Shown: positions 28,022 to 40,684 of the stretch, piece after piece | Position numbering within the stretch: the first letter of the stretch is position 1 | How the letters are laid out: every line of letters starts with the position of its first letter | NCBI GenBank assembly: GCA_963777655.1 | Contig: CAVZQY010000003.1 | Location: 149,667-213,666 of the forward strand | Origin: an uncultured Actinomycetota bacterium | GTDB taxonomy: Bacteria > Actinomycetota > Actinomycetes > Propionibacteriales > Nocardioidaceae | Direction: 5' to 3' | Length of the DNA: 64,000 nt | The notes under the pieces: generated by a model | The model's input: only the letters and a program-made list of their open reading frames with translations | Told to the model about the DNA's origin: nothing | The model's database searches: none | Position numbers and translations under genes: made by a program

Positions 28022-29206
28022 CTAGTGGCGGGCGGCCTTCATGGCGGGCGAGGGGTAGACGGTCCCCACCCGGGTCCCGGCGAGCCAGGCCGTCAGCCGC
28101 TCGGCCTCCACCTGCAGGGCTCGGTGCGCCTGTGCCGGCAGCGCCTGCAGCGTCGAGACCTCGACGCGCCCCTCCGCGTCCTGCACCCAGCAGCCGACGA
28201 CGCGGCCGTCCCACCAGGCGCTCGTGCCCGCGTTGCCGTTGCGGTCGAAGATCCGGTCGGCGTGGTCGCCGAGCAGCCACGCGCGGTGCTTCCAGCCCAT
28301 CACCGTGGGGTCGAGGACGGGGAGCAGCGCGGCCCAGGGCTCCCCGTCGGCCACGGGCTCGACGTCGTCCGGGAGGACCCACCCGTGGGCCACCGGCCCG
28401 TCCAGGCGCACCTGGACCGCCGCGACGTCGGCCAGCGCGGTGCGGACGATTCCCTTCGTGGCGCCCAGCCACCAGACCAGGTCGTCGGTGGTGCCCGGGC
28501 CGAAGCTGCGCAACCAGCGGCGCACCAGCTCCGCCCACCCCGCCGCCGCGGCAAGCGGCTCCGGGGGCGCCCCCAGCCAGTCGGCCGTCCGCACCCAGCG
28601 CGGACGGCTGATCCGCCAGTGCCCGCCGTTCTCGCCCCGGACGATCCGCCCCTCGACGCCGAGCTGGCTCAGCACCCGTCCGGCGATCGGCTGCGGCCCC
28701 CCGTACGCCGTCCCCGGAGCGACCACGACCTCGCCGGCCAGCTCGGGCAGGTCTGCGCGCAGCTGCTGCGCGCCCACGCCGGTGGGCTCGCCGGCCAGCC
28801 GCGCGTCGACCGCCGCCGCGGCCGCGCGCAGGAACGCCTCACCGTCGTCGGCGAGCCCGCCCCGCTCCAGCTCCTTCACCAGCCGGCGACGCAGCTGGCC
28901 GGCCACGCGGGCCGACGCGCTCCCCAGGGCCGCGGGCACCAGGTCCCGCGGGAAGACGAACAGGGTTCGCCGCATCGCCAGCTGCTTGACCAGCGTCCGG
29001 CGGTCGTGGAGGGCTCCGGCGACGTCCGCCACCGTCAGGTCGTCCACGCGCGCGAGCAGCGACAGGTAGACCGTCGCTGGCTCCGTGGCGTGCAGCACCG
29101 TCACCGCGCGCACGGCCGCCTCCACGCCCGAGGCCCGGCGCACCGGGCACACCCCGTGCCGACGCGCCAGTCGCGCCCGGCGTTCCTCGTCCGGGACGTG
29201 TCGCAT
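28022..29206 (-). CDS. HTH_42 winged-helix protein (AlkZ/YcaQ-like DNA glycosylase family)
   Basis: VLHATEPATVYLSL, AMRRTLF, RWLRSFGPGT..DLVWWLG, LLPVLDP, WWDGRVVGCW. Confidence 0.8.
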   Translation of the reverse strand: MRHVPDEERRARLARRHGVCPVRRASGVEAAVRAVTVLHATEPATVYLSLLARVDDLTVADVAGALHDRRTLVKQLAMRRTLFVFPRDLVPAALGSASARVAGQLRRRLVKELERGGLADDGEAFLRAAAAAVDARLAGEPTGVGAQQLRADLPELAGEVVVAPGTAYGGPQPIAGRVLSQLGVEGRIVRGENGGHWRISRPRWVRTADWLGAPPEPLAAAAGWAELVRRWLRSFGPGTTDDLVWWLGATKGIVRTALADVAAVQVRLDGPVAHGWVLPDDVEPVADGEPWAALLPVLDPTVMGWKHRAWLLGDHADRIFDRNGNAGTSAWWDGRVVGCWVQDAEGRVEVSTLQALPAQAHRALQVEAERLTAWLAGTRVGTVYPSPAMKAARH

Positions 29207-29286
29207 GCGCCTATCCTGCTCGGGACCGGCTGCGGCGTGCGGCAAGGTCCTCGAGGCGAGTCGTCGAAGAGAGCCGGGGAGGTGCG

Positions 29287-30432
29287 ATGAACCGCCGGGC
29301 GCAGCTGATCACCGTCGGCCTCGTCGTCGCCGTCCTCGCCGTCGTCGCGACCCTGATGGCCACGACCGGCTCGGTGCGCAACGCCGCCAGCAGCGGTCCG
29401 GGCACGGGCTCGCCGTCCGCCACCCCCACGAGCGAGTCCGAGACGCCCACGCCCCCCGGCGGGGGCTCCCCCTCGAAGTCCGGGTCCGCGTCCGGGTCCG
29501 CGCCCGGGTCCGCGTCCGCGTCCGGGTCCGCGTCCGGGTCCGCGTCCGGGGCCGGGCAGCCGACCGTGCGCCTGCCGGAGCCCAGCGCCGGACCCGCGGA
29601 CGCCGAGCAGGCGGCGAAGCAGCGCCAGCGCCGCGAGGCCAAGGCGCGACGTGCCCTGGTGCCGCCCGCCCCCGAGCTGGAGTCAGGATCGCTGGCGTGC
29701 GTGGAGGCCATCGCGCAGCGCCGCACGCTGCGCGCCGTCACGTTCAACATCCACGGCGGGTTCGGCCGCGGCCGGCTCGACCTCACCGGCATCGGCAACG
29801 AGATCGCCCGCATGGACGCCGACGTGGTGCTGCTCCAGGAGGTCGACCGCGGCCGCAAGCGCAGCCGCCGTCAGGACCAGCCGCGGATGCTCGCGCAGCG
29901 GTTGGACATGGACGTGGCCTACCACCCGACCGCGGGCCGCCGTCGCGGCGGCGCGATCGGCAACGCCGTGCTCTCCCGCTTCCCCATCACCAGCGTGCGG
30001 CGGGCGACCCTGCCGCGCGGCGGTTCCGAGCCGCGCGGAGTGATGCGCGTGGTCCTCGACGTCGACAACGTCGAGGTCGCCGTCTACGTCACCCACCTCG
30101 AGCACACCTCGGCCGCGGTGCGCCGCCGCCAGGTCCGGTCGATCGCCCGCGTCCTGCGCCGGGAGCCGCTGCCGCACCTGGTCGGCGGCGACCTCAACGC
30201 CAACCCGCGCTCCGACGTCCTCGGCATCGCGAGCACCGTGCTCAGCGACGCCTGGCCCGGGGCCGGCCAGGGGCGGGCCCGCACGGTGCCCCGCGCCCGC
30301 ATCGACTACCTGCTGCACGGCCCGACGGTGCGCGCGCTGCGCGCCGTGGTCGTGCCCTCGGCGATCTCCGACCACGACGCGGTGCTCGGCGCCTTCGAGG
30401 TCGGTGCCCCCGAGGCGTGCCAGCAGGGATGA
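29287..30432 (+). CDS. Endonuclease/exonuclease/phosphatase family protein with N-terminal anchor and Ser/Gly linker
   Basis: TFNIH, VLLQEVD, GNAVLSRFP, THL, GGDLNA, RIDY, SDH; hydrophobic N-terminus. Confidence 0.88.
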   Translation: MNRRAQLITVGLVVAVLAVVATLMATTGSVRNAASSGPGTGSPSATPTSESETPTPPGGGSPSKSGSASGSAPGSASASGSASGSASGAGQPTVRLPEPSAGPADAEQAAKQRQRREAKARRALVPPAPELESGSLACVEAIAQRRTLRAVTFNIHGGFGRGRLDLTGIGNEIARMDADVVLLQEVDRGRKRSRRQDQPRMLAQRLDMDVAYHPTAGRRRGGAIGNAVLSRFPITSVRRATLPRGGSEPRGVMRVVLDVDNVEVAVYVTHLEHTSAAVRRRQVRSIARVLRREPLPHLVGGDLNANPRSDVLGIASTVLSDAWPGAGQGRARTVPRARIDYLLHGPTVRALRAVVVPSAISDHDAVLGAFEVGAPEACQQG

Positions 30433-30452
30433 GTCTTTCTAAGGTGCGGGGC

Positions 30453-31352
30453 ATGAACCGACAGACACCCGGCCTCACGCGCCGCGCTGCCAGCGCACTG
30501 CGGCGCGCCGGCCTGCGCTCCGAGCCCCTCGACGACGACGCCTGGCTCGTCCAGCGCGGTGCCCGGCGCTCGGCGCGGCGGATCGGGCCCGCCCGCCAGC
30601 GCAGCCACCTCGTGATCGACGAGGAGCACGTCGCCGCGCACGAGAACGGGTTCCTCACCTCGATGGGCGGCTACCTCGGCGAGCGGCACGCGGCGTGGGC
30701 GCTGCGGCGCCTCGACGTGAGCTGCGTGCTCGACGTCGGCGCGAACACCGGGCAGTTCGGCCAGCGGCTGCGCCGGATGGGCTACCGCGGCCGCATCGTC
30801 TCCTTCGAACCGGTCGCGGCGACGGCCGAGAAGCTGCGGCAGACCGCCGCCGACGACCCCGACTGGGTCGTCCACGCGTTGGCGCTCGGCGACGAGGACA
30901 CCACGGCCGAGATCAACGTGCGCCCCGGCACCATGAGCTCGCTGCTGCCCTCCAGCGACTTCGGCCGGAGCTGGAACGAGCGGCTCGAGGATGCGACGAC
31001 CGAGACCATCCAGGTCCGCCGGCTCGACGGCATCCTCGACGAGGCGCTGGCCGGGCTCGACGAGCCCCGCGTCTTCCTGAAGATGGACACCCAGGGCTAC
31101 GACCTCGCCACGCTCCGCGGCGCCGGCGAGCGGGTCGGTGACGTGCTCGGCCTGATGTCCGAGGTCTCCTGCGTGCCGATCTACGAGGGGATGCCCCGCC
31201 TGCCCGAGCAGGTCAGCGCCTACGAGGAGGCGGGCTTCGAGGTGTCCGGCTTCTACCCGGTCACGCGCCACCGGCGCACCCTGCGCGCGATCGAGTTCGA
31301 CGTGATCATGGTGCGCGCCGACGCCGTCCGGCCCGAGGCCGCGACGGGCTGA
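30453..31352 (+). CDS. FkbM family methyltransferase
   Basis: VLDVGANTGQF, IVSFEP, LKMDTQGYD; TAAGGT -10 box 7 nt before ATG 30453 (alternative start 30429). Confidence 0.88.
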   Translation: MNRQTPGLTRRAASALRRAGLRSEPLDDDAWLVQRGARRSARRIGPARQRSHLVIDEEHVAAHENGFLTSMGGYLGERHAAWALRRLDVSCVLDVGANTGQFGQRLRRMGYRGRIVSFEPVAATAEKLRQTAADDPDWVVHALALGDEDTTAEINVRPGTMSSLLPSSDFGRSWNERLEDATTETIQVRRLDGILDEALAGLDEPRVFLKMDTQGYDLATLRGAGERVGDVLGLMSEVSCVPIYEGMPRLPEQVSAYEEAGFEVSGFYPVTRHRRTLRAIEFDVIMVRADAVRPEAATG

Positions 31353-31377
31353 GGCAGCCCCACCCGGACCGGACGCG

Positions 31378-33384
<2,007 letters not shown>

Positions 33385-33502
33385 GGGCACGGGTGCGGAC
33401 CTCCTGCGTGGGCGTGTGGCTGCCCCGGCGGGGCGACCACTCAGGGTACGCGAGGGGGCCGGCGGGGCGGCCGCGAGCGCTCAGCGGACGGCGACGCCGG
33501 GC

Positions 33503-34702
33503 TCAGCGCGCCGAGACGAGCCGGCCGGTGGGCACCGCGTACCGCGTGGGCAGCGCCGCGGCGCTGCGCAGGTGGATGTTCTGCAGCAGCCCGACGGCCA
33601 GCATCGCGGCGAACATCGACGATCCGCCGTAGGAGACGAACGGCAGCGGGACGCCCGTGACCGGGGTGATCCCGAGGCACATGCCGATGTTCTGGAAGCT
33701 CTGGAAGCCGAACCAGCAGGCGATGCCCGCCGCGGCCACCCGCCCGAACACGTCGTCGGTGTGCGCCGCGATGGAGAGGGCCCGCCAGACGACGATGCCG
33801 AGCAGGGCGATCACGACCGCCGCCCCGATCAGGCCCAGCTCCTCGCCGGCGACGGTGAACACGAAGTCGGTGTGCTGCTCGGGCACGAACCCGGAGCGGG
33901 TCTGCGACCCTTCGAACAGGCCCTGCCCGACCATGCCGCCGTTGCCGACCGCGATGCGCGCCTGCTCCACGTTGTAACCGGCGCCGCGGGGATCGAGGTC
34001 CGGGTTGGTGAACGCGAGGAACCGGTCGACCTGGTAGTCCTTCAGCAGGCCGAGGCTCACCGCCAGGAGGCCGGCGCCCACGCCGGCGCCCGTCAGCAGG
34101 AGCAGCCAGCGCCGGGGGGCCCCCGAGACGGCGAGCACGCCGACGACGATGGCGATCAGCACGAGCATCGTGCCGAGGTCGGGCTGGGCGAGGATCAGCG
34201 CGGCCGGCAGGCCCGCGATCGCCAGCATGCCCACCACCTCGGCCGAGCGCACCGGGCGCCGCCAGGACCCCTGAGCCCGCTCCGCGACGAGCAGGGCCAT
34301 CCCGACGACGACCGCGAGCTTGGCGAGCTCGGCGGGCTGCACCGACATGCCCCCGACCTGCACCCAGGAGCGGGAGCCGTTGATCGTCTGGCCAGCCACG
34401 AGCACGAGGACCAGCCCGACCAGGGCGACCACGTAGGCCACGGGTGTCAGGCTGCGCACCCAGCGGTGGTCGATGGCCGTCAGCAGCACCATCAGCACGA
34501 GGCCGATCGCGACGTTGACCAGGTTGCGGCGCAGGTACGCCGTCGGGTCGCCGCCGGTCAGGGACTCGCGCGACGAGGTGGCCGACCACACGAGCAGCGT
34601 GCCCAGCGTGACCAGCACGAGCACCGCGCCGAGCAGCACCCAGTCGAGGCCCGGCGCGCGGAGCCCCTGGCGGCCCGCCAGCCGGGCGCCGGGCCGCATC
34701 AC
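33503..34702 (-). CDS. rodA: Rod shape-determining protein RodA (SEDS)
   Basis: GSRSWV, QPAELAK, QPDLGT, PEQHTDFVF, GEELG, TGVPLPFVSYGGSS. Confidence 0.93.
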   Translation of the reverse strand: MMRPGARLAGRQGLRAPGLDWVLLGAVLVLVTLGTLLVWSATSSRESLTGGDPTAYLRRNLVNVAIGLVLMVLLTAIDHRWVRSLTPVAYVVALVGLVLVLVAGQTINGSRSWVQVGGMSVQPAELAKLAVVVGMALLVAERAQGSWRRPVRSAEVVGMLAIAGLPAALILAQPDLGTMLVLIAIVVGVLAVSGAPRRWLLLLTGAGVGAGLLAVSLGLLKDYQVDRFLAFTNPDLDPRGAGYNVEQARIAVGNGGMVGQGLFEGSQTRSGFVPEQHTDFVFTVAGEELGLIGAAVVIALLGIVVWRALSIAAHTDDVFGRVAAAGIACWFGFQSFQNIGMCLGITPVTGVPLPFVSYGGSSMFAAMLAVGLLQNIHLRSAAALPTRYAVPTGRLVSAR

Positions 34703-36930
34703 GACGGCCTCCGGCCCTGCTCGCCGGGCGTGGGCGCCAGCGAGGGCGGCAGGATCGAGCCGTCGCGCTCGAAGCGCGGCAGCGACCCGGGCGGCGTGGT
34801 GCCGGGGATCGCGGCTCGGGCCGGGCGCACGTCGCTGCCCTCGATGCCGTAGAGGGACTCCCAGATGCGCCGGACCGACGGCCCCGAGGTGCCGGAACCC
34901 GTGCCGCCCTGGCTCACCATCATCACCACGACGTAGTCCTTGCTGTAGGAGGCCACCCACGACGTGGACTGCTTGCCGTAGACCTCGGCGGAGCCGGTCT
35001 TCGAGCGCACCACGACGCGGTCCAGCGGGAACCCGCCCATCCGCCACGACATCGTGCCGTCGCGCGTCACACCCTGGAGGGCGCGGTCGATGTAGGCGAT
35101 CGTCTCCTTCGGCACGGGCACGCGCCCGGCGGCCTTGGGCGGGATCCGCCGGCGGACGTCGCCGTTCGGCCCGACGACCGCGCGACCGATCCGCGGCGCG
35201 TAGAGCGTGCCACCGTTGGCCAGCGCGCCGTAGGCGCGGGCCAGCTGGAGCGGCGTGACGATCGTGTCGCCCTGCCCGATCGCGAAGTTCACGGCGTCGC
35301 CGGCGCTGTAGGCGTACCCCTCGATGCAGAACTCCCGGGCGAACGTGTAGACGAAGTTCGACGTGTCCTCGTCCTGCGGCTTGTCGGCGATGCCGCAGTA
35401 GTAGTCCTTCATGGACTCGTAGTAGGAGAGCTTCCAGCGGCGGTCGGCGATCCGACCCGAGGCCTCGCCGGGCATGTCGATGCCGGTCTCGCTGCCGAAG
35501 CCGAACTCCTTCGCCTCCTCGACGAGCGGGTCCTTCGCGGTGACGTCGTCGACGTCGGAGCCGAGGCGCTGCCAGAAGTCCAGGCCGATCCGGTAGAAGA
35601 AGGTGTTGCAGGAGACCCCGAGCGCCCGGTCGAAGCCGATGTAGCCGTAGGCGCCGGACTCGTAGTTCTTGAACACCCGGTTGCCCACCTGCACGCCCGA
35701 GGAGCAGTTCAGCTGGGTGCTCTGGCTGTAGCCGTTGGTCAGGGCACCGGCCGTCATGAACGGCTTCCAGGTCGACCCGGGCGCGAACTGGCCCTGGGTG
35801 GCCCGGCCGAGCAGCGGCGTGCCCGCCTTCTCGGAGTACAGCCGCGCCAGCTGCCCGTCGCTGATCCCGCCGACCCAGAGACCCGGGTCGTACGTCGGCT
35901 GGCTGGCCATCGCGACCACCCGGCCGGTCTGCGCCTCGAGGACCACCGCGGCACCCGAGTCCGCCGCGTAGGGGCGTCCGGTGACCGAGTCGACCGTGCC
36001 CCGGGCGGTCTTGATGGTCTGCGCCAGCTCGCGCTCCACCTTGGCCTGCACCTTGGCGTCGATCGAGGTGACCAGCGTCGAGCCCGGGGTCGACTCGTCC
36101 ACGCCGTCGTCTCCCAGCACCCGGCCCATCGAGTCGACGGCGACGCGGCGGTAGCCGGGGATCCCGCGCAGGAAGCGGTCGTACTGCTTCTCGACGCCGG
36201 CGCGGCCCACCGAGCTGGCGCCGTTGACCGAGATGTCCTCGCGCTCCTCGGCGGCGTCGAGCTCGTCGGAGGTGATCGGGCTGAGGTAGCCCAGCAGGTG
36301 GGCCGCGTTCACGCCGAACGGCTCCGGGTAGGCGCGCACGCTCTGCTGCTCGGCGATGACCGCCGGGTAGTCCTCGGGCTGCTCGAGGATCCGCAGCGCG
36401 GTGGCCTGGTCGACGTCGGAGGCGACCGGCACCGGCTGGTAGGGCGATCCGTTCCAGCAGGTGCCGGCGACGCTGCCCTCGTCGCCGCAGTTCAGCAGCG
36501 CGGCGCGGATCTTTCGCGGCCGCAGCCCGACGGCGGAGGCGGTGCGGCGGACCACCGCGCGCTGCTCGCCGGTCGACATCCGCTCGAGCAGCGTCCGGTC
36601 GATGCTGACCACCCACGACGAGCGGTTCGCGACCAGCGGGCGACCCTGCGCGTCGACGATCAGGCCCCGCTCGGGCTGCACGACGATCTCGCGCACGGAC
36701 TGGTCGGCCGCCTGGGCCTGGTAGACCTCGCCGTCGAGGACCTGGAGGTACCACAGCCGCACGAACAGCGTCGCGAACAGCGACAGCACGAGGACCTGGA
36801 CGACCACGAGGCGCAGGCGGCTGCGGCGGGCCGGGCGGTCGCTGCGGGCGGTGCGGTCGGCGGCCCTGGAGAGCGGCCGGAACGCGCCGCGCTGGCCGCG
36901 GGCTCCCGGCCTGGGCCGGCGGCCGGGCAT
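34699..36930 (-). CDS. mrdA: Penicillin-binding protein 2
   Basis: RLWYLQV, PERGLIVD, PGSTWK (SxxK), SCN (SxN), KTG. Confidence 0.93.
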   Translation of the reverse strand: MPGRRPRPGARGQRGAFRPLSRAADRTARSDRPARRSRLRLVVVQVLVLSLFATLFVRLWYLQVLDGEVYQAQAADQSVREIVVQPERGLIVDAQGRPLVANRSSWVVSIDRTLLERMSTGEQRAVVRRTASAVGLRPRKIRAALLNCGDEGSVAGTCWNGSPYQPVPVASDVDQATALRILEQPEDYPAVIAEQQSVRAYPEPFGVNAAHLLGYLSPITSDELDAAEEREDISVNGASSVGRAGVEKQYDRFLRGIPGYRRVAVDSMGRVLGDDGVDESTPGSTLVTSIDAKVQAKVERELAQTIKTARGTVDSVTGRPYAADSGAAVVLEAQTGRVVAMASQPTYDPGLWVGGISDGQLARLYSEKAGTPLLGRATQGQFAPGSTWKPFMTAGALTNGYSQSTQLNCSSGVQVGNRVFKNYESGAYGYIGFDRALGVSCNTFFYRIGLDFWQRLGSDVDDVTAKDPLVEEAKEFGFGSETGIDMPGEASGRIADRRWKLSYYESMKDYYCGIADKPQDEDTSNFVYTFAREFCIEGYAYSAGDAVNFAIGQGDTIVTPLQLARAYGALANGGTLYAPRIGRAVVGPNGDVRRRIPPKAAGRVPVPKETIAYIDRALQGVTRDGTMSWRMGGFPLDRVVVRSKTGSAEVYGKQSTSWVASYSKDYVVVMMVSQGGTGSGTSGPSVRRIWESLYGIEGSDVRPARAAIPGTTPPGSLPRFERDGSILPPSLAPTPGEQGRRPS

Positions 36931-37501
36931 CAGGAGGCCACCCCGGAGCGCGGCCGGGTCGGGTCGGGTCGGCGCAGGTCCCGGCGGATCCGGGCCTCGC
37001 GGCGGACGTCCCGTCGAGGCGGCCGAGGACCCGCATCACCACGGGGACGAGCAGCGGGGTGAGCAGCACGTCGAGGAGCACCGCGGTGGTGATCACCCCG
37101 AGCATCGCGCCGACGCCGCCCACGGGGTCGCCGAGCGCCACGCCGAGCAGCGCGTAGACCGAGACGCCGACGAACGAGCAGACCGCGACGGTGACGACGA
37201 CGCCGACGGGCCGGCGGCCCTCACCACGCACGCGGCCGGCCAGCCAGCCGACCAGCACCAGCGCGATCACCCAGCGGCCGACGGTGTGCTCGGCCGGCGG
37301 CGCGAGGTCGAGCAGGAGGCCCGCCACGAAGCCGGCGGTGGCGCCGAAGTCCGGGCCACGCGCCAGCCCCGCCGCCACGACGACGAGCAGCGCGAGGTCC
37401 GGCACGACGCCGTGGAAGGCCAGGGGCGGCAGGAACGCCGCCTGCAGCACGACGGCGAGCACGATCAGCCCGCCCGTGACCAGGGCCCGCAGCGCGCTCA
37501 C
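36930..37501 (-). CDS. mreD: Rod shape-determining protein MreD (apparent frameshift in the C-terminal tail)
   Basis: VPDLALLVVVA, GFVAGLLLDLAPP; TGATG overlap with the mrdA start at 36928-36932 is out of frame with the body. Confidence 0.8.
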
Positions 37502-38422
37502 CGGATGCTCCCGTCGGCCTCGATCAGCGAACGGTCGCTCTTCGGGCTGCCCGGTGCCACGACCCCGACGACGTCCAGGGCCGAGAAGTCGACGAAGGGC
37601 ACGACCACCGCGCGCTGCGTGGTCTGTCGCGGGCTGCTGAACACGTCCGCGACGCGGCCGATCGGCACGCCGGGCACGTACGGCGCCCGGCCCTCGCTGC
37701 CCCACGTGACCACGGTGTCGCCACTGGCCGGCACCACCGTGGAGTCCATCAGCTGCAGGTCGAGCAGCCCGTCGTCGCCCATCCCGCCGCGCCCGCGCAG
37801 GAAGCCCATCTCCATGCTCGTGCCGACGCGGCCACCCACGACCGAGTCCCCGTCGACGACCAGCAGCACCGTGGCGGTCTGCGACGTCACCCGCAGCACC
37901 CGGCCGACGAGGCCGTCGCCGTTGACGACGGTCATGTCGGCGTGGATGCCGGCGCGCTTGCCCGCGTCGATCGTCACGGTCTGCTGGAACGACTGGCGGG
38001 GGCCGTAGCCGACGACCCGGGCCGGCACCAGCGAGACCCCGGTGTCGCGCGCCGACCGCGTCAGCCGGTCGAGCTGGAAGAGCCGGTTGCGGTCGTAGTC
38101 CACGGTGGTCAGCTCGCCGCGCAGCTCCGCGTTCTCCGCGTCGAGCTGCGCCACGTCGGCGCGCAGGCTGCGCTGGCTGCGGAACCAGGACGGGACCTCG
38201 CTGAGCGGGCGGGTCACCCCGGCCGCCGCCACCTCGGCGGGCCCCACGACCTCGCCGACCGCCGTCCGGGCGGACTGCAGCGGCGAGTCCGAGCCGCCCT
38301 GCGGCGTCGAGCGTCACCAGCACGCCCGCGGCCAGCAGCAGCGCCGCGAGGCGCGCCTTCGAGCCCCGGGCGGGGTCGCGCTCGCGCCGCCCGCGCCAGC
38401 GGCGCTCCTCCACGTCGGTCAT
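37498..38422 (-). CDS. mreC: Rod shape-determining protein MreC (apparent frameshift near 38303)
   Basis: N-terminal TM LLLAAGVLVTLD in one frame; ARVVG, TIDAG, GLVGRV, VVTWGS, GVPIGRV, PFVDFSALD in another. Confidence 0.85.
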
Positions 38423-38432
38423 CGCTCCCCCG

Positions 38433-39461
38433 TCACCGTCGACGCCGGTCGGAGACGAGCACCTGCCGCAGGGCGTCGAAGTCCTCGACGCAGCGGCCGG
38501 CCCCCAGGGCGACGGAGAGCAGCGGCTCCTCGGCGACGTGCACCGGCATGCCGGTGTCGTGCCGGATCCGTTCGTCGAGGCCGCGCAGCAGGGCGCCACC
38601 GCCGGTGAGCACGATGCCGCGGTCCATGATGTCGCCGGCCAGCTCGGGCGGCGTCTGGTCGAGCGTGGTGCGGACCGCGTCGACGATGTCGTGCACCGCC
38701 TCCTCCAGCGCGTGCCGCACCTCTGCCGACGAGACCGTGATGGTGCGCGGCAGCCCGCTGACCATGTCGCGGCCGCGGATCTCGGCCTCGGGGTCCTGCG
38801 GCAGCGGGAAGGCGGACCCGAGGGTCATCTTGATCTCCTCGGCGGTGCGCTCCCCCAGCATCAGGGAGTGCTCCTTCTTCATCCACGCGATGATCGCCTG
38901 GTCGAGGTCGTCGCCCGCAGTGCGCACCGACAGGGACGTGACGATGCCGCCGAGGGAGATCACCGCGACCTCGGTGGTGCCGCCGCCGACGTCGACCACC
39001 ATGTTCCCGGTGGCCTCGTGCACCGGCAGCCCGGCCCCGATCGCCGCGGCCATCGGCTCCTCGACGATGTGCACCTGCCGGGCACCGGCCTGGTAGCCGG
39101 CCTCCTTCACCGCGCGCTGCTCCACGGCCGTCACGCCGCTCGGCACGCAGACGACCATCCGCGGCTTCGTGAAGTACCGACGCCGGTGCACCTGCTGGAT
39201 GAAGAAGCGCAGCATCTGCTCGGTGGCCTCGAAGTCCGCGATCACGCCGTCCTGCAGCGGGCGGATGGCGGTGATGGCGTCCGGGGTGCGGCCGATCATC
39301 CGCTTGGCCTCGTGCCCCACCGCGAGGATCTCGTGGGAGTTGGCGTTCAGCGCCACCACCGACGGCTCGTCGAGGAGCACGCCCTTGCCGCGGACGTACA
39401 CGAGGGTGTTGGCGGTGCCGAGGTCCACGGCCATGTCGCGGCCGAAGATACTGTTCGCCAT
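38433..39461 (-). CDS. mreB: Rod shape-determining protein MreB
   Basis: DMAVDLGTANT, EPMAAAIGAGL, DVGGGTTE, LTGGGALL. Confidence 0.97.
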   Translation of the reverse strand: MANSIFGRDMAVDLGTANTLVYVRGKGVLLDEPSVVALNANSHEILAVGHEAKRMIGRTPDAITAIRPLQDGVIADFEATEQMLRFFIQQVHRRRYFTKPRMVVCVPSGVTAVEQRAVKEAGYQAGARQVHIVEEPMAAAIGAGLPVHEATGNMVVDVGGGTTEVAVISLGGIVTSLSVRTAGDDLDQAIIAWMKKEHSLMLGERTAEEIKMTLGSAFPLPQDPEAEIRGRDMVSGLPRTITVSSAEVRHALEEAVHDIVDAVRTTLDQTPPELAGDIMDRGIVLTGGGALLRGLDERIRHDTGMPVHVAEEPLLSVALGAGRCVEDFDALRQVLVSDRRRR

Positions 39462-39593
39462 GCGGGCGCCTCACTGTGGCTCGTGGAAGGTGGGGTGAAC
39501 CCACGAGGAAGCGTAGGAGCGCGGCACCCCCGCGACCGGCAGGCTCGCCGTCGGCGCGTCGGAGACCGGGCCGGGCGAGGAGGATCGACCGTG

Positions 39594-40558
39594 ATGCACA
39601 CCTGGCTGACCGACGTCTTCGGCCTCGCCGTCCCGGTGATCGGGGCGCCGATGGCCGGGCCCGCTGGCGGGCGGCTCGCGGGCGCGGTCTCGGCCGCGGG
39701 CGGGCTCGGGATGATCGGCGTCGGGCCCACGCAGAGCCCGGCGTGGGTGCGCGAGCAGGCCGAGGTCGCCGGCGGTGCGCCGGCGCCGGAACCGGGGGCT
39801 ACGGGTTCGGCCTGATGGCCTGGGGGCTGGACGAGGACGACGCCCAGCTCGCGGCCGTGCTGGACCTGCGCCCGCGCCTGGTCTCGGTCAGCTTCGGGGC
39901 CTTCGAGCCCTACGTCGAGAGACTCGCCGCCGCAGGGGTGCCGGTCACGGTGCAGGTCGGCAACCCGGCCGAGGCTGTGCGCGCCCAGCGCGCCGGGGCC
40001 GACTTCCTCGTCGCACGCGGCGCGGAGGCCGGCGGGCACGGCCGCAACGACATCGGCCTCCTCCCCCTGCTGCAGGTCCTCCTGGACACGGTCGACCTCC
40101 CGGTCGTCGCGGCCGGCGGGATCGGCAGCGCACGCGGCCTGGCGGCGGTGCTCGCCGCGGGCGCCGTCGGCGCGTGGGTCGGCACCGCCCTGCTCACCGC
40201 GCACGAGGCCAACAACAGCCCCGCCGCGCGGCAGCGGCTGATCGCCGCGGGCCACGACGAGACCGCCTACGGGCGCGTCTTCGACGTTGCGCAGCGGCTC
40301 GGCTGGCCGCCGGAGTACGGCGGCCGCGGCCTGCGCAACGCGTACGTCGACCGCTGGGAGCACCGGCTCGACGAGCTGGCCGTGGACCCGGACGCCCAGG
40401 AGCAGCTGCGCCGGGCGCAGCAGGACGAGGACTACGACACCGCGAACCTCTACGCCGGGCAAGGCGTCGGCAGCCTCGGCGCGGAGCGACCCGCCGCCGC
40501 CGTCATCGCCGAGCTCGCGCGCGCCGAGGGGCTGCTCCGGGGTGTCGCCCCGGGCTGA
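39594..40558 (+). CDS. Nitronate monooxygenase family flavoprotein (apparent frameshift near 39778)
   Basis: PVIGAPMAG, AVSAAGGLGMIG in one frame; GAEAGGHG, PVVAAGGIG, WVGTALL, YAGQG in another; GAGGAGG RBS. Confidence 0.8.
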
Positions 40559-40684
40559 GAGGCGCTACCCGAGGCTGCCTCCGGCCCAGGATGTCCCAAG
40601 CATCGACCGGGGAGCCTCATCGGCACCAGGTGCGGACGGGACTCCCCGGACGAGCTGCGGATCCCCCACCCGGTGGCGCGGTCC

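Noticed and set aside
33503..38599. 1698-aa MreC-MreD-RodA fusion ORF
   Set aside because: An artefact of frame breaks and stop-poor GC-rich DNA; the middle overlaps mrdA out of frame.
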